NCBI GenBank assembly: GCA_052387775.1
Contig: JBQTIV010000051.1
Span: forward strand, 375-64,374
DNA length: 64,000 nt
Direction of reading: 5' to 3'
DNA from: Betaproteobacteria bacterium
GTDB lineage: Bacteria; Pseudomonadota; Gammaproteobacteria; Burkholderiales; JACQAP01
In this document: one piece after another, positions 1 to 6,862 of the stretch
Layout: every line of letters starts with the position of its first letter
Numbering within the stretch: position 1 is the first letter of the stretch
The notes under the pieces: generated by a model
Databases searched by the model: none
Seen by the model: the letters and a program-made list of their open reading frames with translations, nothing else
What the model was told of the DNA's origin: nothing
Program-made: the position numbers and the translations under genes

Positions 1-1
1 G

Positions 2-631
2 GAGCTGAAAAGCTATCTCGACGGGCTTTCGGCGGTGACCCAGTCGGAGTACGACGGCTGGACCAAGCCCGAGAAGCTCGCCTTCCTGATCAATGCCTAC
101 AACGCCTATACCGTCGAGCTGATTCTCACCGGATATCCGGGAGTGAAGTCGATCAAGGAACTCGGTTCGCTCATCACCAGCCCATGGAAGAAGCGTTTCT
201 TCTCGTTGCTGGGCAAGGCGCGTACCCTCGACGATGTCGAACACGGCTTGATCCGCGCGGCGGGAGTCTTCGACGAACCGCGCATTCACATGGCGGCAAA
301 CTGCGCCTCGATCGGTTGTCCGGCGCTGCGCAACGAAGCCTACGTTGCCAGCAGACTGGAGGCGCAACTCGAAGATAGCGTTGTGCGCTTTCTTTCCGAC
401 CGGTCGCGCAATCACTTCAACCCGCAGAACGGCAGGCTCGAAGTATCGAAGATTTTCGACTGGTACGGCAAGGATTTCGCCGCGCGACAGGGATCGGTCG
501 AGGCCTGGCTGGCGCACTACGCTGCCCAGCTTGCCGACGAACCGAAGTACCAACAAACGATCCGCGACCGGAAGGCCAGACTGCAGTTTCTGGATTACGA
601 CTGGGCGTTGAACAGCAAGGATGAAGGATGA
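2..631 (+). CDS. DUF547 domain protein (5-prime end outside window)
   Basis: The frame is open from the window edge. Motifs KLAFLINAYNAYTVELIL, HMAANCASIGCPALR and DWYGKDF fit DUF547. The stop TGA at 629-631 lies inside an AAGGATG heptamer array. Confidence 0.8.
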   Translation, partial: ELKSYLDGLSAVTQSEYDGWTKPEKLAFLINAYNAYTVELILTGYPGVKSIKELGSLITSPWKKRFFSLLGKARTLDDVEHGLIRAAGVFDEPRIHMAANCASIGCPALRNEAYVASRLEAQLEDSVVRFLSDRSRNHFNPQNGRLEVSKIFDWYGKDFAARQGSVEAWLAHYAAQLADEPKYQQTIRDRKARLQFLDYDWALNSKDEG

Positions 632-695
632 AGGATGAAGTAAGTTCAAAGGCTTCTGATTCTCCTTCCGCCTTCCGCCTTCCGCCTTCATCCTT
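617..695. repeat. Heptamer-array hairpin element H1
   Basis: AAGGATG x3 at 617-640, a 23-nt spacer, then TTCCGCC x3 plus TTCATCC at 664-695. The arms form an imperfect inverted repeat. Read directly from sequence. Confidence 0.85.
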
Positions 696-1374
696 GTCTG
701 TTGTCGTTCCGACGCTTGACGAGGCGCCGGATATCGTTTCGTTTCTCCAGCCTTTGCAGCGGCTGCGCCTACGCGGAGTGGAGTTGATTCTCGCCGACGG
801 CGGCAGCCAGGACTGCACCGTTGCAAGGGCCTCGCCGCTGGTTGACCGGGCGCTGACCTCGCCGCGCGGGCGCGCGCTGCAGATGAACGCGGGCGCTGCG
901 CTCGCCGGCGGCGACGTGCTGCTGTTCCTGCACGCCGACGCCCGCCTCCCCGAAGACGCCGAGCGCCTCATCCTCGATGGCTTGCGCGAATCAGGCTGCC
1001 GCTGGGGACACTTCGCCGTCAGGCTTACCGGTGCCGCGCCGATGCTGCGCGTAGTCGAATGGATGATGAACCGGCGCTCGCGCCTCACCGGGGTCGCCAC
1101 CGGTGACCAGGGCCTGTTCATCGAGCGCCGCTTGTTCGATGAAGTCGGGGGATTTCCCGCCATTGCGCTGATGGAAGATGTCGCGCTGTCCGCCGGGCTC
1201 AAGCGCCACGGCCAGCCGTTGTGCCTGGGTCAATGCCTCATCGCATCCTCCCGGCGGTGGGAAAAGCACGGCATCTGGCGCACCATCGCGCTGATGTTCC
1301 GGTTGCGGCTCGCCTTCTTCCTCGGCGCGGAGCCGGAACGGCTCGCAGAAATCTATTATGGCCGCCGCCAATGA
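628..1374 (+). CDS. Family-2 glycosyltransferase (TIGR04283-like, rSAM/selenodomain-associated transferase 2 type)
   Basis: Motifs LSVVVPTLDEAPDI and ELILADGGSQDCT. ATGA overlap with the upstream stop. The first 22 codons are translated repeat H1, and an in-frame TTG at 694 just before SVVVPTLDE is an alternative start. Confidence 0.8.
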   Translation: MKDEVSSKASDSPSAFRLPPSSLSVVVPTLDEAPDIVSFLQPLQRLRLRGVELILADGGSQDCTVARASPLVDRALTSPRGRALQMNAGAALAGGDVLLFLHADARLPEDAERLILDGLRESGCRWGHFAVRLTGAAPMLRVVEWMMNRRSRLTGVATGDQGLFIERRLFDEVGGFPAIALMEDVALSAGLKRHGQPLCLGQCLIASSRRWEKHGIWRTIALMFRLRLAFFLGAEPERLAEIYYGRRQ

Positions 1375-2008
1375 CGTCAGCGTTTTGATATTTGCGCGCG
1401 CGCCGGTCGCCGGCAGCGTGAAGACCCGACTGATCCCCCTGTTGGGCGAACACGGCGCGGCGCAGTTGTACCGCAACTTGGTCGAGCGCGCGCTTGCCGT
1501 GGCACGTGCCTGGGGTGCAGGCCCGGTGGAACGGTGGTGCGCACCGACCACTGATGACGATTTTTTCTCAAGCTGCCGCGACCGTTTCCAGGTTACGCTG
1601 CGCCGGCAGCGCGAAGGTGACCTCGGCGCGAGAATGCACAGCGCCCTCGAGGATGCGCTGACCCGCTCACGGCACGCGCTGCTCACTGGAAGCGATTGCT
1701 TTTCGCTTACTGCCGCCGACCTGCGTGAGGCTGCGCGCGCGCTGCGCCAGGGCTGCGACGCGGTATTCGCTCCGACGGAAGACGGAGGCTATGTTCTGGT
1801 CGGGCTTTCACAAGCCTTGCCGGGACTTTTCGACGCGATGACTTGGGGAAGCGCCACGGTAATGGAGGAAACGCGCCAACGACTGCGCAATCTCGCCTGG
1901 CGCTGGCATGAACTCCCCGTGCATTGGGACGTGGATCGGCCCGAGGATTATCAACGCCTGCTGCGCGAAGGTTTTTTGCCAGCGATGGATTCGGGCGGTG
2001 AGCCGTGA
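1358..2008 (+). CDS. DUF2064 / TIGR04282-like transferase
   Basis: N-terminus VLIFARAPVAGSVKTRL, plus FAPTEDGGYVLVGL and MTWGS motifs. Overlaps the upstream gene by 17 nt. Confidence 0.75.
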   Translation: MAAANDVSVLIFARAPVAGSVKTRLIPLLGEHGAAQLYRNLVERALAVARAWGAGPVERWCAPTTDDDFFSSCRDRFQVTLRRQREGDLGARMHSALEDALTRSRHALLTGSDCFSLTAADLREAARALRQGCDAVFAPTEDGGYVLVGLSQALPGLFDAMTWGSATVMEETRQRLRNLAWRWHELPVHWDVDRPEDYQRLLREGFLPAMDSGGEP

Positions 2009-2730
2009 GCCGCACCTTCGCGGCCCTGCTGCTTGCTGCTGCCGTCAGCCTGAGTTGCGCGGCGAAGGCGGCTGAATCCCCGGTACTCGCGTCTTTTTCC
2101 TCGGCGCTACCCGGCGAGTCGCTTCCCGCGCCCTGGAAACTGATGACTTTCCCGGCAATCGGCAGGCATACGCGGTATTCGCTGGTGCGGGACGCCGACG
2201 CAATAGTTCTGCGGGCCGATGCGCAGGCCTCGATGGCCGGCGTGGCGCACCCACTGCAACTCGATGCGCGCACCCATCCGGTTATCGAGTGGCGCTGGAA
2301 GATACTCAACCTGGTGACGAACTCCGATATCGCCACCAAGGCGGGCGACGATTACCCGGCGCGGGTTTACGTGCTTTTCGACTACGATATCCGCAAGCTG
2401 CCGTTTTCAGCGCGCGCCAGAATCCGGCTGGCACGCCTTTACGGTGCGGATATTCCGCTTGCCGCGCTGTGCTACGTCTGGGACGGCAAGGCCGCCGCGG
2501 GCACCTCGGTCTGGAGTGCCTACACCGACCGGGTGCGGGTAATCGTCGTCGAAAGCGGAAGCGCGAATTTAGGCCAGTGGGTCACGATAAGGCGGGACGT
2601 CGCGGCGGACTTCCGCGCAGCATTCGGCGAGGACCCGCCGGCGATTTCCGGCGTGGTGCTCGCCACGGATACCGACAACACCGGTGAATCCGCCACGGCG
2701 TTCTTCGGCGACATCCGTTTCATGCAATGA
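2005..2730 (+). CDS. DUF3047 domain secreted protein
   Basis: Signal peptide, then IEWRWKILN, AGDDYPARVYVLF and LCYVWDG motifs. GTGA overlap with the upstream stop. Confidence 0.7.
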   Translation: MSRTFAALLLAAAVSLSCAAKAAESPVLASFSSALPGESLPAPWKLMTFPAIGRHTRYSLVRDADAIVLRADAQASMAGVAHPLQLDARTHPVIEWRWKILNLVTNSDIATKAGDDYPARVYVLFDYDIRKLPFSARARIRLARLYGADIPLAALCYVWDGKAAAGTSVWSAYTDRVRVIVVESGSANLGQWVTIRRDVAADFRAAFGEDPPAISGVVLATDTDNTGESATAFFGDIRFMQ

Positions 2731-2747
2731 ACATGAAGCCAATCTCA

Positions 2748-2914
2748 CCACGAAGGTACGAAGACACGAAGAAAACCAGGAACGCATGTTTCTGTTCGAG
2801 TGTTGTTGAACCAGTGGATATTGGACCATTCCAATCCCTAGCTTCGCGCCCGCACATGAACTCAGGCAATTCGTGTACTTCTCTTCGTGTCTTCGTGTCT
2901 TCGTGCCTTCGTGG
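2748..2914. repeat. Inverted-repeat element H2 with octamer-array arms
   Basis: Left arm CCACGAAGGTACGAAGACACGAAGA at 2748-2777. Right arm TCTTCGTG x3 plus CCTTCGTGG at 2878-2914, which is its reverse complement. The core of about 100 nt is lower in GC and contains the small hairpin ATTGGAccatTCCAAT. Confidence 0.85.
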
Positions 2915-3007
2915 TAAGAAGTTGTTTTCCGCGCGAGCGGTGACGCGCCGATGCCGGTGTCTGGTACATTGCGGCAGTCCGCTACACAACTTTTGATTGG
3001 AGCACGA

Positions 3008-3601
3008 ATGAAATCTATTGGGAGAGTCTTCCTGACCGGGGTCCTCACGATCCTGCCCATCCTGGCAACGATTTATCTGGTGGCCTGGTTGTTCGCGGCA
3101 GTCGAACGCTTTCTCGGCAAGCAGCTGCTGTTGCTGATGCCGGACGAGTATTACCGTGCCGGCATGGGCCTGCTCGCAGCGCTGGTCCTCATTTTCCTGA
3201 TCGGCCTGCTGATGCGGGCCTGGCTGTTCAGGCAACTGATCAGGCTCGGCGAGAATCTTCTGCTGAAGATCCCGCTGATCAAGGTGGTGTACAGGGCGCT
3301 AAAGGACCTGTTCGGCCTGCTTGCGGACGAGAAGACCAGCGAAACTCTACGGGTGGTCTCGGTGCAGCTTCCGGGCACCGACATGCGACTGTTGGGGTTC
3401 CTGACCCGCAACGATTTCTCCGACATGCCCGCGGGCGTCGGTAACGAGAACGAGGTGGCGGTGTATCTGCCGATGAGCTACCAGGTCGGCGGCTACACCG
3501 TGATGATGCCGCGCAACCAAATCACTCCGGTGCCGATGTCGCGGGAAGAGGCCATGCGCTTCGTGCTGACCGCGGGGTTGAAGAGCAAGGATGAAGGATG
3601 A
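3008..3601 (+). CDS. DUF502 membrane protein
   Basis: Two N-terminal TM helices and the motif LLKIPLIKVVYRALKDLFG. GGAG lies 5 nt before ATG 3008. The stop is inside the AAGGATG array. Confidence 0.8.
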   Translation: MKSIGRVFLTGVLTILPILATIYLVAWLFAAVERFLGKQLLLLMPDEYYRAGMGLLAALVLIFLIGLLMRAWLFRQLIRLGENLLLKIPLIKVVYRALKDLFGLLADEKTSETLRVVSVQLPGTDMRLLGFLTRNDFSDMPAGVGNENEVAVYLPMSYQVGGYTVMMPRNQITPVPMSREEAMRFVLTAGLKSKDEG

Positions 3602-3628
3602 AGGATGAAGGATGAAGGATGAAGGAAT
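3587..3628. repeat. Heptamer array H3 (AAGGATG x5 plus AAGGAAT)
   Basis: Perfect 7-nt period read directly from sequence. No clear complementary arm follows. Confidence 0.9.
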
Positions 3629-3679
3629 GGGAGCGGCTCGGACCAATGGGGAAGCGACGGCGAGGAGACACCCCAGGTG

Positions 3680-4249
3680 TCAGAAGCGGTAGGTGAGCTC
3701 GACCATGTGGAAATCCGCACCCGTGGTGTCAGGTCCGTTAATGCCTGCGTCGGAATAGTGCAGGAACCGGTAGCCCAGCCCGAGGTGATCGTAGAGCGGA
3801 ACGCCGGCGCCCACGGTTAAGGCAAATTGGAAGGGTCCGCCGAAGTCCTGCGTCCCAAACTGACTCTCGCTGAGCAGGGCTCCTCCAATACCCAGGTCCA
3901 ATGTAAATCGCCCGTCTTGACTCCCAAGGGCGAGAACGGGGATGAGAGAAACGACGAGCGCGGTTTTGCCTGCTCCTCGAAGAGCGCCGGCGCTCGCCAT
4001 CAGCCGCGTGCCCGCTCCCCAGCCTGACTCGGAATATTGCCGCCAGGGTAGCCCGAAGCTCGCCACTGCGTCGTACTGCTGAAATACCTCCGGCTGCTCT
4101 TCTCCTAGCACGGTCATCCCTGAGACGCGCGCCCGCACGCCGACGCTCAGCAACGGCAGGTCGTCAGCGCGGCTCGGCCAGGGGGCAAGGAGGCACAATA
4201 CGAGGCCCATCAGCGCCAGCCGCACCCGGATGCGTCCCTGGTCGCTCAT
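3680..4249 (-). CDS. Acyloxyacyl hydrolase / PagL-like lipid A deacylase beta-barrel
   Basis: Signal peptide. C-terminal YRFLHYSDAG shows the His-x-Ser pattern of PagL-family enzymes. The protein ends in ...LTYRF. Confidence 0.6.
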   Translation of the reverse strand: MSDQGRIRVRLALMGLVLCLLAPWPSRADDLPLLSVGVRARVSGMTVLGEEQPEVFQQYDAVASFGLPWRQYSESGWGAGTRLMASAGALRGAGKTALVVSLIPVLALGSQDGRFTLDLGIGGALLSESQFGTQDFGGPFQFALTVGAGVPLYDHLGLGYRFLHYSDAGINGPDTTGADFHMVELTYRF

Positions 4250-4384
4250 GGTTGCGTCTCAGCCCGCTTATCAGTATGGTTCGAAGCGAACACTGTACAG
4301 ACCCGTAGGAAAACCGCCCCGGCCGCGGGTGCCGCAGAGGGAATAAAAGCGACCACCGTTCGCCGCTTATTTGTCACGGATCTC

Positions 4385-4690
4385 ATGGACCGCTTTCTCA
4401 TCACCGTCGATTTCTATCTTCTCCCCGGAGCGCTCGAGCCCTTCATTGCCCTGATCAAGGAGAACGCGCGCAAGTCGCTGGCCGAGGAGCCCGGTTGTCA
4501 GCGCTTCGATGTGCTGGTGCAAAAGGGCGTGCCGGATCATATCCTGCTCTACGAAATCTACAAGAACCGGGCGGCTTTCGAATTGCATCTGAAGTCCCGG
4601 CATTTCGCGGAATTCAGCGCGGCGTCGGCGCCCTACGTGAAAGACAAGAAAGTGGTCGAGTACGAGTACGTGAACGACAAAGGTGAATGA
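4385..4690 (+). CDS. ABM-domain (antibiotic biosynthesis monooxygenase-like) protein
   Basis: 101 aa with CQRFDVL...ILLYEIYKNRAAFELHLKSRHF, typical of the YgiN/ABM fold. Confidence 0.8.
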   Translation: MDRFLITVDFYLLPGALEPFIALIKENARKSLAEEPGCQRFDVLVQKGVPDHILLYEIYKNRAAFELHLKSRHFAEFSAASAPYVKDKKVVEYEYVNDKGE

Positions 4691-4811
4691 AGCCGGAAAA
4701 TTTACCAGGTAGTGCTTTTCCGGGCGCGCAGTGTTTCATGGATTTCTCAATCGCGTACAATCGCGGATGCTGAATCGCCGCGGGGAACGCGGCTGTTGAA
4801 GGGGGTATAAG

Positions 4812-4892
4812 ATGTCCTTGCTCGACGCGTGGCTTGTAGGCGGACTTGTCTTGCTTGTCGTCCTTATCCTGGTGCGCAAGAAAACGCGCTGA
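4812..4892 (+). CDS. Candidate 26-aa single-TM peptide (MSLLDAWLVGGLVLLVVLILVRKKTR)
   Basis: Found by eye and too short for the ORF track. GAAGGGGG lies 6 nt upstream of the ATG. Hydrophobic core followed by an RKKTR tail. No homology evidence. Confidence 0.3.
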   Translation: MSLLDAWLVGGLVLLVVLILVRKKTR

Positions 4893-4923
4893 TTCACCCC
4901 TACCCGGGCGGCGGCATCCGCGA

Positions 4924-5865
4924 TTATTTGCGGCCCTGCAAAGCGGAACCTGATAGCAGTCGGCGGACCGCATCCGGCCTGGGCAACGGCGCGACCGCTC
5001 CGAACCCAGTGGTCGCGAGGGCCGCGGCCGCATTGGCGTAGCGCAGTCCTTCCCAGAAATCGTCACCCGCCGCCATTCGCGACAGCAGCGCACCGGCAAA
5101 GCAGTCACCCGCCCCTGTGGCATCGACGCAGTTGACCACGTAACCGGCAATCTTTTCGCGCCGCTTCGAATCGCTCCCGACCACCCCCGCCGCGCCCAGT
5201 TTCAGCGCGACCACTTTCGCACCGGCTGTATGGCACCAATCGAGTATGGCGTCCGCATCTTTTTTGCCGCTCAGCGCCTCGGCATCTTCCATGCTGAGCA
5301 GGAAATAGTCGGTAAGCACAATGGTGGCGCGGATCACTGCACGGGCGCGGGCCAGCGGCCACAGCCGCAGCCGCAAGTTGGAATCGTAAGCGATCCTGAC
5401 GCCGGCGCCCCGCGCGGCTTCCACGGCGGCAAACACCGTATCGCAGGCACTGTCGCTGATCGCCTGGCTGATTCCGGATGTATGAAAGAACTTCGTCCCC
5501 CTGATCAGCTCGAGTGGCAAGTCCGCCGGCCGCATGCGGCTCGCCGCAGAGCCCTTGCGCAGGTAGCTGAACACGTGACCGTCCGGCCCGTGCGTGATGA
5601 AGTAAACCCCGGTATGCGCCTGCGGGTCGATGCCCACGCCGGAGATGTCCAGTCCCTCGTCGCGCCATAGCTGGAGAAATTGCCGGCCGAACTCGTCGTC
5701 GCCCAGCCGCGTGATGTAACCCGCCTTCGCGCCCAGTCGCGCGGCGGCGACCGCGCAGTTCGCGGTATCACCGCCGAATCCCTGCAGATAACGGACTCCT
5801 TCTCCCGGTATCTGGCTGAACTCGTACAGCGGTTCGCCCAGAGACACGATATCCATGCGCGTCAT
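4924..5865 (-). CDS. kdgK: 2-dehydro-3-deoxygluconokinase (PfkB sugar kinase)
   Basis: MTRMDIVSLGEPLYEF..., GAGDCFAGALL motif, and location immediately downstream of eda. The long upstream extension in the ORF track was trimmed to the Met that matches family N-termini. Confidence 0.85.
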   Translation of the reverse strand: MTRMDIVSLGEPLYEFSQIPGEGVRYLQGFGGDTANCAVAAARLGAKAGYITRLGDDEFGRQFLQLWRDEGLDISGVGIDPQAHTGVYFITHGPDGHVFSYLRKGSAASRMRPADLPLELIRGTKFFHTSGISQAISDSACDTVFAAVEAARGAGVRIAYDSNLRLRLWPLARARAVIRATIVLTDYFLLSMEDAEALSGKKDADAILDWCHTAGAKVVALKLGAAGVVGSDSKRREKIAGYVVNCVDATGAGDCFAGALLSRMAAGDDFWEGLRYANAAAALATTGFGAVAPLPRPDAVRRLLSGSALQGRK

Positions 5866-5867
5866 TC

Positions 5868-6506
5868 TCAGCCCCCCGCGCGTTGCGCCAGCTCGAGGAA
5901 GCTCCGGGCGTGACTGATCACCCGCGCGCGATCGCCGTCGGCCAGCGCTTTCTGGTCGATCACGTTGTTGCCAATGCCGACCACGGCGGCACCGGCCTTG
6001 AAGTAATCGAGCAGGTTGGCGGCCGACACGCCGCCCGTCGGGCACAACGGAATCTGCGGATAGATCGCATGCAGCGCGGCGAGGTGCGCGGGGCCGCCGG
6101 TGGCGGCGGGAAATACCTTCACCATGGCCGCGCCCTCGCGCCACGCCGCCAATACCTCGGTCGGGGTGAAGCCGCCCGCTAGCGCCGCCCTGCCGGCATC
6201 GCTGGCGAGTTTACCCATCCCCGCCACCACACAAGGGGAAACCAGATAATCCGCTCCGGCCTTCAGGCAGGCTTTCGCGGTGTCGAGATCGAGCACGGTT
6301 CCGGCGCCGACCAGAAAATCTTCGCCGCTACGGCGGCGCAGCGATGCAATGAGTTCAATTGCACCCGGCGTCGTCAGCGTCACTTCGACCGTCTTGAATC
6401 CCGCCTCGACGAGACAATCGATGGCGGATTCCGCTTCCGGGCGCGTGGCCAGCCGCAATACCGGGATCACACGCAGTGCAGTCAACTTCTCGGTTGTCGA
6501 ATTCAT
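5868..6506 (-). CDS. eda: KDPG/KHG aldolase
   Basis: LRVIPVLRL, VEVTLTTPGA, MVKVFPA and CPTGGV motifs. Start trimmed to MNSTTEK. Confidence 0.85.
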   Translation of the reverse strand: MNSTTEKLTALRVIPVLRLATRPEAESAIDCLVEAGFKTVEVTLTTPGAIELIASLRRRSGEDFLVGAGTVLDLDTAKACLKAGADYLVSPCVVAGMGKLASDAGRAALAGGFTPTEVLAAWREGAAMVKVFPAATGGPAHLAALHAIYPQIPLCPTGGVSAANLLDYFKAGAAVVGIGNNVIDQKALADGDRARVISHARSFLELAQRAGG

Positions 6507-6862
6507 GCTCTTCCGGTTGCTGAAAGCCGCCTTCCCAATCGCCGGGCACGGGCGATTGTAAAAGCAAAGCCAGCCGTTGAGTAGCGCGCACTGCGGAATC
6601 AGCGTGCATGGTGGCGCCCGCATCGGGCCTGCGCATGAACAGCGCTTCGGCCGCCCGTTGCGTGGCGTTCTGATTTAGACTTCAGGGTCGAATTGCATGC
6701 TTCTTGCGTGCGTGCATATCCGCAAGTGCCTGCTACTTGCCATGCCCGCCATCGGCGGGCGTTTTTTGTCGGAGCGCCGCGCCTGCCGGCCGCCCACCGC
6801 GGCCAGCGCCGCCGTCGCGACCGGCGCAAACCTGTGGACAATCGAAGCGACAACAGTCCTGC

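Noticed and set aside
417-1202. Long antisense or out-of-frame ORFs throughout the track (e.g. 417-1202 -, 16981-18054 -, 33549-34091 -, 34095-35063 -, 34979-36154 -, 37831-38979 -, 51000-52556 +, 53333-54643 -, 56068-58077 -)
   Set aside because: They overlap genes that have clear family motifs. Their translations are Arg/Pro/Ala-rich low-complexity sequence, typical of shadow ORFs in high-GC DNA.
3587-3628. Heptamer arrays as classical phase-variation switches of the upstream genes
   Set aside because: The arrays sit at or after the stop codon and carry stops in all frames, so unit gain or loss would change at most the last few residues. The intragenic UvrA arrays are the only ones where slippage could matter, and that is noted as a check, not a claim.
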